NCBI GenBank assembly: GCA_038087875.1
Contig: CM075994.1
Span: forward strand, 2,482,001-2,546,000
Direction of reading: 5' to 3'
Length of the DNA: 64,000 nt
Source of the DNA: Malacoraja senta
Lineage: Eukaryota
Shown here piece by piece: positions 24,710 through 37,015 of this stretch (position 1 is the stretch's first letter; each line of letters starts with the position of its first letter). The translations under genes and the position numbers were made by a program. Below the pieces are notes generated by a model, which was given only the letters and a program-made list of their open reading frames with translations, did not search any database and was not told the DNA's origin.

Positions 24710-26311
24710 CAGTGGCTTGCAAAAGTTTTCATACCCCTTGAACTTTTCCACATTTTGTCACGTTACAACCACAAACGTAAATGTATTTTATTGGGATTTT
24801 ATGTGATAGACCAACACAATGTGGTGCATAATTGTGAAGTGGAAGGAAAATGATACATGGTTTTCAAATTTTTTTACAAATAAAAAACTGAAAGGTGTCG
24901 TGTGCAAAAGTATTCAGCCCCCCTGAGTCAATACTTTGTAGAACCACCTTTCGCTGCAATTACAGCTGCAAATCTTTTGCGGTATGTCTCTACCAGCTTT
25001 GCATATCTAGAGACTCAGCTTTGCACATCTAGCTCAAGCTCAGTCAGATTGGATGGAGAGCGTCTGTGAACAGCAATTTTCAAGTCTTGCTAGAGATTCT
25101 CAATTGGATTTAGGTCTGGACTTTGACTGGGGCATTCTAACACATGAATATGCTTTGATCTAAACCATTCCATTGTAGCTCTGGCTGTATGTTTAGGGTC
25201 GTTGTCCTGCTGGAAGGTGAACCTCTGCCCCAGTCTCAAGTCTTTTGCAGACTCTAACAGGTTTTCTTCCAAGATTGCCCTGTATTTGGCTCCATCCATC
25301 TTCCCATCAACTCTGACCAGCTTCCCTGTCCCTGCTGAAGAAAAGCATCCCCACAGCATGATGCTGCCACCACCATGTTTCACAGTGGGGATGGTGTGTT
25401 CAGGGTGATGTGCAGTGTTAGGTTTCCGCCACACATAGCGTTTTGCATTTAGGCCAAAAACTTCAATTTTGGTCTCATCTGACCAGAGCACCTTCCTCCA
25501 CATGTTTGCTGTGTCCCCCACATGACTTGTGGCAAACTGCAAACGGGACTTCTTATGGCTTTTTTTCAACAATGGCTTTCTTCTTGCCACTCTTCCATAA
25601 AGGCCCGATTTGTGGAGTGCACGACTAATAGTTGTCCTGTGGACAGATTCTCCCACCTGAGCTATGGATCTCTGCAGCTCCTCCAGAGTTACCATGGGCC
25701 TTTTGGCTGCTTCTCTGATCAATGCTCTCCTTGCCCGGCCTGTCAGTTTAGGTGGACGGCCATGTCTTGGTAGGTTTGCAGTTGTGCCATACTCTTTCCA
25801 TTTTCGGATGATGGATTGAACAGTGCTCCGTGATATGTTCAAAGCTTGGGATATTTGTTTATAACCTAACCCTGCTTTAAACTTCTCCACAACTTTATCC
25901 CTGACCTGTCTGGTGTGTTCCTTGGGCTTCATGATGCTGTTTGTTCACTAATGTTCTCTAACAAACCTCTGAGGCCTTCACAGAACAGCTGTATTTATAC
26001 TGAGATTAGATTACACACAAGTGGACTCTATTTACTAATTAGGTGACTTCTGAAGGCAATCGGTTGCACTGGATTTTATTTAGGGGTATCAGAGTAAAGG
26101 GGGCTGAATACTTTTGCACGCGACACTTTTCAGTTTTTTATTTGTAAAAAAATTTGAAAACCATGTATCATTTTCCTTCCACTTCGCAATTATGCGCCAC
26201 GTTGTATTGGTCTATCACATAAAATCCCAATAAAATACATTTACGTTTGTGGTTGTAACGTGACAAAATGTGGAAAAGTTCAAGGGGTATGAATACTTTT
26301 GCAAGCCACTG
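24710..26311 (-). mobile_element. Tc1-family (IR/DR, Passport-like) DNA transposon, inactivated
   Basis: About 210-bp TIRs starting CAGTGGCTTGCAAAAG; TA on both sides; transposase 25090-25932 with paired-like HTH, WSDETK, FQQDNDPKH, SPDLNPIE; premature TAG and short 3' region. Confidence 0.95.
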
Positions 26312-26410
26312 TATATGTATACACATATATATTTATATGTATACACATATATATGTATACACATATATATATATATATATATATATGTATACACACATAT
26401 ATATACGTAT

Positions 26411-26449
<39 letters not shown>

Positions 26450-26554
26450 CGTATACACACACATATATATATATGTATACACCTTTATATATGTATACAC
26501 ACATTTATATGTATACATATATATATATATATGTATATACATATATATATGTAC

Positions 26555-27072
26555 TTACCTGGGATCACCGTGGAAGCTCTGGAGTGTTGGGCCTGCTGCA
26601 TCTACATCGGAGCTGTGGTCTGCAGAGCTTCCAGCGTGGCCGGCGCTGTCTTCAACATCACGGAGTCCTGGGGCCCTTTGCCGAGGGCCGCCAGCGTTGA
26701 ATCTCCGCCCAGCGTGGCCTGTGGACTTCGTGAGCCGTGGACTCTGGTAGGAGGTGGCCGTTTCGGATGTGCAAGTCGCGGAGGATGTCCTCCAGTCCCG
26801 ACATCGGACTTCCATCACCCGGGCGAGCGGGCCTGAACATCGGGCCGCTCATTGAGGCGACAGCGGGGGTTCGGGAGCCCCCCGGGAGGACAACGGAGGA
26901 GGATGACTGAATTTTGGAGCCTTCCCTCACAGTGGGAAACTTTGATCCCGCTGTGTGGGGATGTCCGTGTTAAAAATTATCGTGTTCTGTGATATTTATT
27001 ATTCGTATGGCTGTATGGCGACCACACATTTCACTGTACCAATTAGTACGTGACAAATAAATGTATCTTGTA
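26555..27072 (+). mobile_element. GC-rich non-autonomous retroposon with Rex1-like 3' tail (related sequences at 1-165 and 59850-60430 minus)
   Basis: Ends atttcactgtacc...gtgacaaataaa + short-repeat tail resembling the Rex1/Babar 3' ends in this window. Confidence 0.5.
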
Positions 27073-27449
27073 TCATATATATACATGTATATATATATAT
27101 ATATGTATACATTTATATACATGTATATATACACATATATATATACATATATATATATACAGTATTGCATTGTATATATATACGTATGTACATATATGTA
27201 TATGCATATATGTATATGTATACATATACACATATATACAGAGACAGAGACAGAGAGAGAGACAGAGAGATATATATAGTACACACACCCAGTGCCTATA
27301 TATATACTAGACCATATATGTATATATATATATACCCACACACTGAACTTTTTTTCATTTATTATGTTGTTTACAGAGTCATATGTTTACATATTCTGTG
27401 CTGCTGCAAGTAAGAATTCCATTGTTCTGTGAGGCATATGAAAATAAAA

Positions 27450-28075
27450 CACACTTGACTCTAAGAGATTCTCATAGACAGCAATAAAAATTAAGATAAA
27501 TGAGACTCAACAAGACGACTTTGAAGCTGGTATGACTTGGGTGGGAGAGGGAGGTATGACCCGAGTCATACCAGCTTCAAAGTCGTCTTGTTGAGTTTCA
27601 TTGTCTGTACCTGTTCTCACCTAACAGTCTGCTAACAATGGCCTGTTTCGTTTATCATCGTTATGTTTTTGCATATACTGTATCTTTCATTCATTTGTTC
27701 TATTTCTCTCTACTTTACCATCTATATCTCGTTTCCCTTTTCCCTGAATCTCTGTCGGAAAAAGGATCTCAACCTGAAACATCAGCTCTTACTTTTCTCC
27801 AGAGATGCTGTCTGGCCCGCTGAGTTACTCCAGCTTTTTGTGTCTATTTTCGGTTTAAACCAGCATCTGCAATTCCTTCCTACACTATAAGTGAGAGAAG
27901 GTATAAACAAGGAACAAGCAGATGCTTGTTTTATACCATTGGTAGATGCAAAGTGTTGGAGTAACAGTAGGACAGGCAGCATCTCTAGAGAAAAAGGATG
28001 GAAAAGCAAAAATACATTTTTCTCCAGAGATGCTGCCTGACCCACTGGCTTACTCCAGCACTCTGTGTCTATCTC
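27450..28075. mobile_element. Cluster of Penelope-derived fold-back short elements
   Basis: Inverted repeat 27500-27540 versus 27562-27602; pLTR units in both orientations at 27760-28075. Confidence 0.65.
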
Positions 28076-29559
28076 TGCTTTCAATGAGCTTGCCTTCCCA
28101 CTGAGCCCTGGTGAGTGGAAAGGGAACACTGGAATCAATGCCCCAGTGATTGGGAAAGGAGAACAGGAACCAGGGTCTTGATAAGTGGGGAGAGGTAACT
28201 GTGGCCCCAGTCTGTCATTTGTAAGCGTGGCAACGATTAGCTGGAGAAACAGGTCCTAAACCATCAGGATTTCTGAATGATTGCATATTGGATTATGGCT
28301 TTAGTAAATAAGATATAGAAGTGTAGTAAATAAGATAAGTAAATAAGATTCCATTTGTAATTCTGCAATGATTAATAATTTCATCATATGAGATTTGAGA
28401 TGAAAAGCTTATTCAAGGATTATAGTGTCTTCCCTTCAGCTTTCTAATTAGAGAGTAATGCAGTATTGCATGGGTAGACTTTCAAGGACTGTGGTACGAA
28501 GTTTTGTACTCCTGTTTGGGGGGAGTTGCTTAGTATGAGGAGCAGGGACTGCCGAGGCAGCTTATAGAATCATAGTGATACAGTGTGGAAACAGGCTCTT
28601 CGGCCCAACATGCCCACACCAGCCAACAATGTCCCAGCTACACTAGTCCCACTTGCCTCCGCTTGGTCCATATCCCTCCAACACTGTCCTATCCATGTAT
28701 CTGTCTGTTTCTTAAACAAAGGGATAGTCCCAGCCTCAACTACACCATCTGGCAGCTGGTTCCATACACCCACAACCCTTTGTGTGAAAAAGTTACCCCT
28801 CAAATTCCTATTAAATCTTTTCCCCTTCACCTTGAACCTATGTCCTCTGGTCCTCGATCCCCCTACTCTGGGCAAGAGACTGTGCATCTACCCGATCTAT
28901 TCCTCTCAAGATTTTGTATACCTCTATAAGATCTCCCCTCATCCTCCTATGCTCCATGGAATAGAGACCCAGCCTACTCAACCTCTCCCTCACACCACAA
29001 AAAGGAAACAAGCTCTTTGGGCCACCTTCATGCTGCACGCTCTTGCACTCAGTCATGCAGCACATAAAGACTCTTCAGCTCGCATGGATGAGTTGAGCCA
29101 CTTGCCCATGCTGACCAAGATGCCCCATCTATGCTAGTCCCATTTGCCTGTATTTGGCCCATATCCCTCTAAACCATTCCTATTCATACACATGTGCTAG
29201 TTTCGATTATTATCACATGTACTGAGGAACAGTGAAAATATTATTTTGTTGTGTGCTTCCCAGGCAGCAGATCGACAATACATGATTCCAAACAAGCTGT
29301 CCACAGTGCACAGATACATGATGAAGGAAATATCATTTAATGCAAGATAAAGTCCAATGAAGTAGGGTCTCCAAGGAAGTAGATGATAGTTTAGTTTAGT
29401 TTAGAGATGCAGCGCAGAAACAGGCCCTTCGGGCTTATTCAATGATTGGTTGGACAACTGTCAAACAGTTGGACAGGTACATGGATAGGACAGGTTTGGA
29501 GGGTTATGGACCAAGTGCAGACAATTGGGACTAGGGTAGCTGGTACATTGTTGGCCTGT

Positions 29560-30090
29560 GTGGACGAGTTGGGCCGAAGGGCCTGTTTCCACACTGTATT
29601 AATCTATAACTCTATGGTGCTTCGATGAGTGTAGGTAGGTGTAGCACACAGATGGTGAGCCAAAGGGCCCGATTCCATGCTGTGTGATTCAATAAGTGTA
29701 GGTGGATGCAACATGAAGAAGGTGGGCCGAAGAGCTTGTTTCCATGTTGTGGTGATTCAATGAGTGTAGGTGGGTGTAGCATAGAGACACAAAATGCTAG
29801 AGTAACTCAGCGGGACAAGCAGCATGTCTGGAGAGAACGAATGGGTGACGTTTCAGGTTGAGACCCTTCTCCATTTTGTGTCTATCTTTGGTTTAAACCA
29901 GCATCTGCAGTTCCTTCCTACACATGTAGCATCCAGAAGGTGGGGCGAAGAGCTTGTTTTCATGTTGTGGTGATTCAATGAAGTATACAGTTGTGGTGAT
30001 TCAAGTGTAGTATACAGAAAGTGGGCCGAAGGGCCTGTTTCCATGTTGTGGTGATGCAATGGGTGCAGCATGAAGGGCTTGTTTCGTGGT
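29560..30090 (+). repeat. Degenerate tandem array (about 70 bp) of SINE/LINE 3' tail, interrupted by a Penelope pLTR insertion
   Basis: Repeated gggccgaagggcctgtttccatgttgtggtgattcaat; insertion 29783-29924 flanked by TGTAGCAT duplication (29775-29782, 29925-29932). Confidence 0.7.
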
Positions 30091-30099
30091 GTAGGACTC

Positions 30100-30650
30100 T
30101 TGAGGGTAGCTGGGGGGGCAGCGTGGACCTCTTATTGTACGGTGGAGCCGGACCCACTTGCCTCCCTCTTGCACAGATGAAGGGAGTCCGCCGTAGATCT
30201 CCGCCCTCAATCGGCAGGGATCAAGGGAGGTGGCGGTGTGACCGGCGCGCCACAGGATCCAGTAAACCTGGGCCGTCATTACTGCCAGTGCGCCTGCGCG
30301 AAGCCGCCAGCACCGATCACAGCTCCGCCTCTGACCACCATCCCACCGCAACTCACGTGACGTCAGTGACCACGCCCCCTATAACGACGCCACTTTCTCA
30401 GCCTCGCCGTGCGTCAGCAGTCCCGGCCCCTGTGACGTACCTTTGCAGTCCTGCCCCTGTGACACGCCTTCAGCAGCCTCGCCCCCTGCGACGCGCGTTA
30501 GCAGCCCCGCCCCCGGTGACGTGTCCGTATGTAGCCCCGCCCCCTTTGACGAATGCACGCACGCAACCCCGCCCAGTTGACGCCGGGAGCCGCGAGCAAA
30601 GAAGGCGGTTGGAAAAATGGACGAATATCAAACCGGGGAGGAGGTGGGGA
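30100..30650. promoter_or_regulatory. CpG-island promoter of DYNLT1
   Basis: High GC/CpG density; TCACGTGACGTCA (overlapping E-box and CRE) at 30353-30365; GCGCCTGCGC NRF1-like motif near 30290; several GTGACG half-sites and GC boxes just upstream of the ATG. Confidence 0.8.
30617..30643 (+). CDS. DYNLT1: Dynein light chain Tctex-type 1, coding exon 1 (MDEYQTGEE)
   Basis: ATG at 30617 in AAAATGG context inside a CpG-rich region; 27 nt then GT donor at 30644; resembles the vertebrate Tctex-1 N-terminus MEDYQAAEE. Confidence 0.9.
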
Positions 30651-32177
30651 TGAAGGGAGTTGAAGTGTAATGATTGGGGGCTGGAGGGTTGATGTTTGCG
30701 GCGTTTAAGGGAGGGGCAATGAATGGGAGGGTCATGGGTGGGAGATCGAGGGCAAAGATCTGTGATCGAGGGGGTGAGGGTGGGTGAAGGAGGGAAGGTC
30801 AGGGGTGGGTGAGGAAGGGGGTCCGGGTGGGAGAAAGGAGGGTGGTTGAGGGAGTTTGGGGGGTGGTCAGGATGGGTTGTGGAGGAGTGGGAGAGTTGCC
30901 AGCAGGGAAGAGGGTATGTGAGGTGAGGGGTGTAAGGTACCGGTGCATTGGAGGGCAACAGGTAAGCAGATGGATAGGAGGATAGACTTGGTGCTGCTAG
31001 CAGCCTGATGTCAGTGTTGGATGAATTATGGAATCGGGATATGGTGAAAAAACAGGAACGGGGTCCTGATTTTGGGTGATCAGCCATGATATTAAATGGC
31101 GTTGCTGGCTCGAAGGGCCGATTGGCCTACTCCTGCACCTATTTTCTATGTTTCTGTGGATGAAAGTGTTTGATGGTCAATGTACTATCAGCCCTGGTTG
31201 ATGTTTTTTTTTAACCAAAAATAAATGTATTCAATTCTCAATGTATATTCTGGAATTTAGAAGGATGAGAGGGGATCTTATTGAAGCATATAAGATTATT
31301 AAGGGTTTGGATACACTAGAGGCAGGAAACATGTTCCCAATGTTGGGGGAGTCCAGAACCAGAGGCCATAGTTTAAGAATAAGTGGTAAGTGGTAACGGA
31401 GATGAGGAAAAACTTTTTCGCACAGAGAGTTGTGGGTGTGTGGAATTCTCTGCCTCAGAGGGCGGTGGAGGCTGGTTCTCTGGATGCTTTCAAGAAAGAG
31501 GTAGATAGAGCTCTTAGGGATAGCGGAGTTAAGGGATAAGGAAGGCAGGAACGGGGTACTGATTGTGGATGATCAGCCATGATCACATTGAATGGCGGTG
31601 CTAGCTCGAAGGGCCGAATGGCCTACTGCGTCTATTGTCAATTGTTCATAACAAAAATATTTACAAAACTAACAATAGCAAAACACCCACCACCAAATAC
31701 AAAAATTACCAAATATTTAAAATATTAAATATTAAATAACTATATTACATCGCTAATCTGGGATGTATTCAACCCTGTGGTGCCCAACAGACCCGGAAAT
31801 CCCTGTGGACAACGTGTGTTCCTTTCCGAGCGACACCCTGGCATGGACGTAACCCTGGAAAAAGGCCCGGTTGATGTTTCATGACATCAGTCCAGTCGGT
31901 GTAGAATAAAATGTTATCAGCAAAATCATTCAACAACGTGTTTTTCAAAATCATTCAACAACATTTAACAGCTTGCAATCAAAAGAAGTAAACATCGAAA
32001 GATACAGCACATAGACAGTTTTAATGTTCACTAAACATTTAATTGTTGCTGTTTAATATTTAATGCCCGTGGAAGGCCATCTGCCACGTGCCACCCAAGT
32101 GCTAATCAGTACTATGAATAAATTCCACATGGAAATCTTTTCAAAGGTAAAACTAACCTGTACTTTTTCTTTTTCAG

Positions 32178-32219
32178 ACTATATTTATTGTTGATGAAAT
32201 AAGTGGTATTATTAAAGAG
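32178..32219 (+). CDS. DYNLT1: DYNLT1 coding exon 2 (TIFIVDEISGIIKE)
   Basis: Polypyrimidine tract + CAG acceptor, 42 nt, GTAAGG donor; homologous to TAFVVDEVSNIVKE. Confidence 0.95.
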
Positions 32220-32305
32220 GTAAGGCAAGGTAGGACAATTCAAATCTTTTTAAACTCTCAAGGTTGTCAGCTGTTGAAATTCATTAAAGCTCTACTTTTT
32301 TCTAG

Positions 32306-32429
32306 TCAATAGAGACTGCAATCGGTGGAAATGCATATCAGCCAAACAGAGTTAACCAGTGGACAACTAATGTGGTCGAACTTTGTCTAAGCCAGCTCAC
32401 CAAACTGGGCAAACCCTTCAAGTATATTG
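32306..32429 (+). CDS. DYNLT1: DYNLT1 coding exon 3 ([41 protein letters not shown])
   Basis: TTTTTTCTAG acceptor, 124 nt, GTAAGT donor; highly conserved Tctex-1 core. Confidence 0.97.
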
Positions 32430-33488
32430 GTAAGTGCTCACCAAGACTGACTGAAGTATTTGCTGATCTGGGTTGATGTTGCTGTGAGTCAAGAGTGTTT
32501 TATTGTCATATGTTACTTGCAGCAGCACAACAGATATGTAAACATAGTACTCTAAAAAAAAAAAAAAAGTTCATAAACACATGACATTTTTACAGTTTTA
32601 TGTAATAATTTGTAATGACATGGGTGACCCAAAATCATGAGGACCATACATTTCCCCAGAGTGAAGGTCTAAAACCACATTGCACAGGTTTAGGATATTA
32701 ATTTAAAGGAGATTTGAGGAACATTTCTTTCCATCCAGAAGGTTTTTCAAATCTGGAACCCAGTGCATTTGGGGGAGGTATTCTCATAACATTTATGAAT
32801 TATCTAGACGAACACTTGAATGTAACTTTGGACCAAGTGCTGGTAAATGGGAATGGTGTTTGATGATCGGTACAGACATCTGCTTCCAGTCTGAAAAATC
32901 TAATGCAGGTCCTTAATGGCCTTGCTAAAATCAATGTCTACAGTCCTGCCCACGTCAATCTTCTTGGGGATATCTTCAACAAACTCAAATACTTGAAGGG
33001 TTTGCCCAGTTGAGAGACACAATGAACTGCAGATGCCAGAATTTTGAGCAAAACACAAAGTGTTGGGGTAACTGAGCGAGTCAGGCAGCACCTCTGAAGA
33101 GAATGGACAGGCAACGTTTTGGTCAGGTCATGACCTGATACCTTGCCTATCTAGAAGTCCTAAGTGGCAGAAAATCTGCATTGACTCAATTATTCCATTC
33201 TGTGAAATTGTCACATCCTAAGTAAATTATACAGAGGAAATTGATGTTGAAATTTGAAACATGCACCGTTTAAATCTAAAGGAGTGCTGGAATGATAGAT
33301 TTCTAATGTATCCTGTCATTATACTGATTCTTCAGCCAGAACATCCACCATCATTCTTTGCACGCAGCACATTTTATCCAGCTAATATATTAAAATTGTG
33401 GTCATTAGAATGTTGTAGTGGGAGTTAGAAGTTCTCCAAAGTACTTGCCTGTTGGGATATTCAACCTTTTAACTGTATTTGACTGCAG

Positions 33489-33566
33489 TGACCTCTGTGA
33501 TCATGCAGAAGAATGGAGCTGGTCTACACACAGCTAGTTCCTGTTACTGGGACAACAATGCTGATG
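33489..33566 (+). CDS. DYNLT1: DYNLT1 coding exon 4 ([26 protein letters not shown])
   Basis: CAG acceptor, 78 nt, GTAAGT donor, phase-consistent with neighbours. Confidence 0.97.
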
Positions 33567-36500
33567 GTAAGTCTCGCGCTGACAACTGTTAATCGGCCCT
33601 TCTGAAGAATCGCCACATGATTAGAATGGATGCTTTGTGTGGAACTTGGAAACATTTCAACATGAATGTATAAAGGCAAGACTGCCTCAGCAAGACTATA
33701 CCTTATTTTAGTTTAGTTAGAGTTGCAGCATGGAAAATGATCTTGGTCTACCAAGACCATGTTGACACTAGTTCTGTGTTATCCCACTTTTGCATCCACT
33801 CCCTGCATACTCGGGGCAATTTACAGAGAGCCAATTAACATACAAACCCGCATGTGTTTGGGATGCTGGAGGAAACTAGAGCACCCGGGGGAAACTCACA
33901 CAGTCACAGGGAGAATGTGTAAACTCCACACAGACAGCACCCGAGGTAGGGATTGAACCCGAGTCTCTGGCGCTGTGAGGCAGCCACTCTGTATTAGCTG
34001 CGCCATTGTGCCGCTTTCTGTTCTTTTCCTTATAGACAATGCAACACGAGTTGATTAAACTTTGTTTGATGTTCAGAAGCCAACAGTCCGGTAACACGTC
34101 ACTTTTAAGTACAAAGATGCCATTACCAATTTTAGATAATGAAATCCCTACATTAAGCATCCAAAAAGAAAACTGATGAATAGTCAACTGTTATTTAAAA
34201 GGTAAAATCTTCTTTAACAGCATAAACCTATTCTCTGAAGAGGTAACAGTAGCAGCAAAGGCAGACCACATCGCACCGTCTTCTATGGGTAGCCCAATTT
34301 TGAATCTAGTCTACCAAGTCTCCATGTATACCATGTGGATTAGTTTCACATTCATGTAGATAATGTCTACCACTCAACCCTCATCAATCACTTTCATCAT
34401 CTCCTTAGAAAGGTCAACTTCGAAAGTAATGCCAGATTCGCAGTACACTGATTAGATCACAATAATTCGGTGTACTGTTGTGGTCACTGTACAATAAGGA
34501 TGTTGAATAGAGAAGAGGACAGAATTTGCTAGAACACCTGAAGGGGTAATGAATTGATTTGACCAGAATGCACAAGCTCATTCTCCTTTCTATTCAAAAA
34601 GAGATGGCGGGGAGAGAACTAATGGAGATCTTTAAAATTTTATGAAATGTTTTGGTATGGCAGGCACATATTCCATTGGGGAAGAGGATACAAACTCTTC
34701 AGAATAAAATTTACACAGAATCAAATGGAGAATTTGTAAGAAATCCTTAGGGAGTGGGCAGGAATGCAAATATTGCTTTTGCAGAAAATAGTTGAACGAG
34801 ATGCAATAAATACACTTACAGATCCTCCCCATGTTACATGCCCGACATGTACAGCTCATACATACGAGCGAGTGTTTGGGAGATCAGGGAGATGGACTTG
34901 CTGTCTGTTGCAGATCTGCAGGCATCTGAACAGTTGAGATAAACATAGAAACATCGAATTTTAGGAGTAGGACATTCGGCCCATCGAGCCATTCAATATG
35001 ATCATGGCTGATCATCCAAAATCAGTACCCCCGTTCCTGCTTTCTCTCCATACCCCTTGATTCCGTTAGCCTGAAGTGCTATGTCTAACTCTCTCTTGAA
35101 TACATCCAGTGAATTGGCCTCCACTGCCTTCTGTGGCAGAGAATTCCACAGATTCACAACTCTCTGGGTGAAAAAGCTTTTGCTCATCTCAGTCCTAAAT
35201 GGCCTACCCATTCTTCTTAAACTGTGACCCCTGGTTCTGGACTCCCCAAACATCAGGAACATTTTTCCTGCATCTAGCCTGTCCAATCCCTTAAGAATTG
35301 TATATGTTTCTATAAGATCCTCTCTCATCCTTTTAAATTCCAGTGAATATAAGCCTAGTCAATCCATTCTTTCAACATATGTCAGTCCTGCCATCCCAGG
35401 AATTAACCTGGTGAACCTACGCTGCACTCCCTCAATAGCAAGAATATCCTTCCTCAAATTAAGAGAACAAAATTGCACACAATACACCAGGTGTGGTCTC
35501 ATCAGGGCCCTGTACAACTGCAGTATGACCTCCTTGTTCCTATACTCAAATTCTCTCACTACAAAGGTCAACATGCCATTTGCTTTCTTCACTGCCTGCT
35601 GTAGAAATGATTGATGTACAGGAACACCCAGGTCTCGTTGCACCTCCCCTTTTCCAAATCTGACACCATTCAGATAATAATGTCTTGTTCTTGCCACCAA
35701 AGTGGAAAACTTCACATTCATCCATCCATATTATACTGCATCTGGCCATTCACCCAACCTATCCAAGTCACCCCGCAGCCTCATTGCATCCGCCTCGCCG
35801 CTCACACTGCCACCCTGCTTGGTGTCATCTGCAAACTTGGAGATGTTACATTTAATTATTTTGTCTAAATCGTCAATATTGTAATTAATGGGTCCCAGCA
35901 CTGAGCCTTGCTGCACCCCACAAGTCACTTTCTGAAAAGGACCCGTTAATTCCTACTCTTTGCTTCCTGTCTGCCAACCAGTTATCTATCCATGTCAGTA
36001 CCCTATCCCAATACTCTCCCTTATCCATTCTACTTGTTACATCCTCAAAAAAATCCAGAGGATTAGTCAAGCATGATTTCCCCATCATAAATCCATGCTG
36101 ACTTTGACCGATCCTGCCACTGCTTTCCAAATGTGCTGCTACTACATCTTTGATAATCGACTCAAGCAACTTCTGCACTACCGATGTTAGGCTAACTGGT
36201 CTATAATCCGTTTTCTCTCTCCCTCCTTTCTTAAAAAGTGGGGTTACATTAGCTACCCTCCAGTCCACAGGAACTGATTCAGAGTCTGTAGAACATTGGA
36301 AAATGATCATCAATGCATCCACGATTTCTAGGACCACCTCCTTGAGTACTCTGGGATGCAGACCATCAGGCCCTGGGGATTTATCTGCCTTCAGTCCCAA
36401 CAGTTTACCGAATACTATTTCCTGACTAATGCGGATTTCGTTCAGTTCCTCCCTCCCGCTAGATCCTCGGTCCCCTAGTATTTCTGGGAGATTGATTCTG

Positions 36501-37015
36501 TCTTCACTAAGGGAGACACAAACAAAGTACTTGTTTAACTGGTCTGCCATTTCTTTGTTTCCCATTATAAATTCACCTGTTTCTGACTAAGGGACCTACA
36601 TTTGTCTTCACTAATCCTTTCCTCTTCACCTATCTATAGAAGCTTTTACAATCAGTTTTTATATTCCTCGCAAGCTTTCTTTCATGATCTATTTTCCCAT
36701 TCTCAATTAACCCCTTTGCCCTCTGTTGAATTCTAAATTTCCCCCAGTTCTCTGGTTTGCTGCTTCCTCTGGACAATGTATATGTCTCTTCCTTGGATTT
36801 AACACTATCTCTAATTTCCCCCTTTAGCCATGGTTGAGCCGTCTTCTCAGTTTTATTTTTACGCCAGACAGGGATGAACAATTATTGTTATTCATCCATG
36901 CGATCTTTAAATCTTTGCCATTGCATATGTACCGCCAACCCTTTAAGTATCATTTGCCAGTCTATCCTAGCCAATTCCCTTCTCATACCATCAAAGTTTC
37001 CTTTCTTTACGTTCA

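Noticed and set aside
23916..27413. Many long Y/I/C/M-rich ORFs
   Set aside because: Artefacts of TA/CA microsatellites lacking stop codons
30021..31087. ORFs of about 205-210 aa over the promoter
   Set aside because: GC-rich, stop-poor sequence; the real coding part is the 27-nt DYNLT1 exon 1
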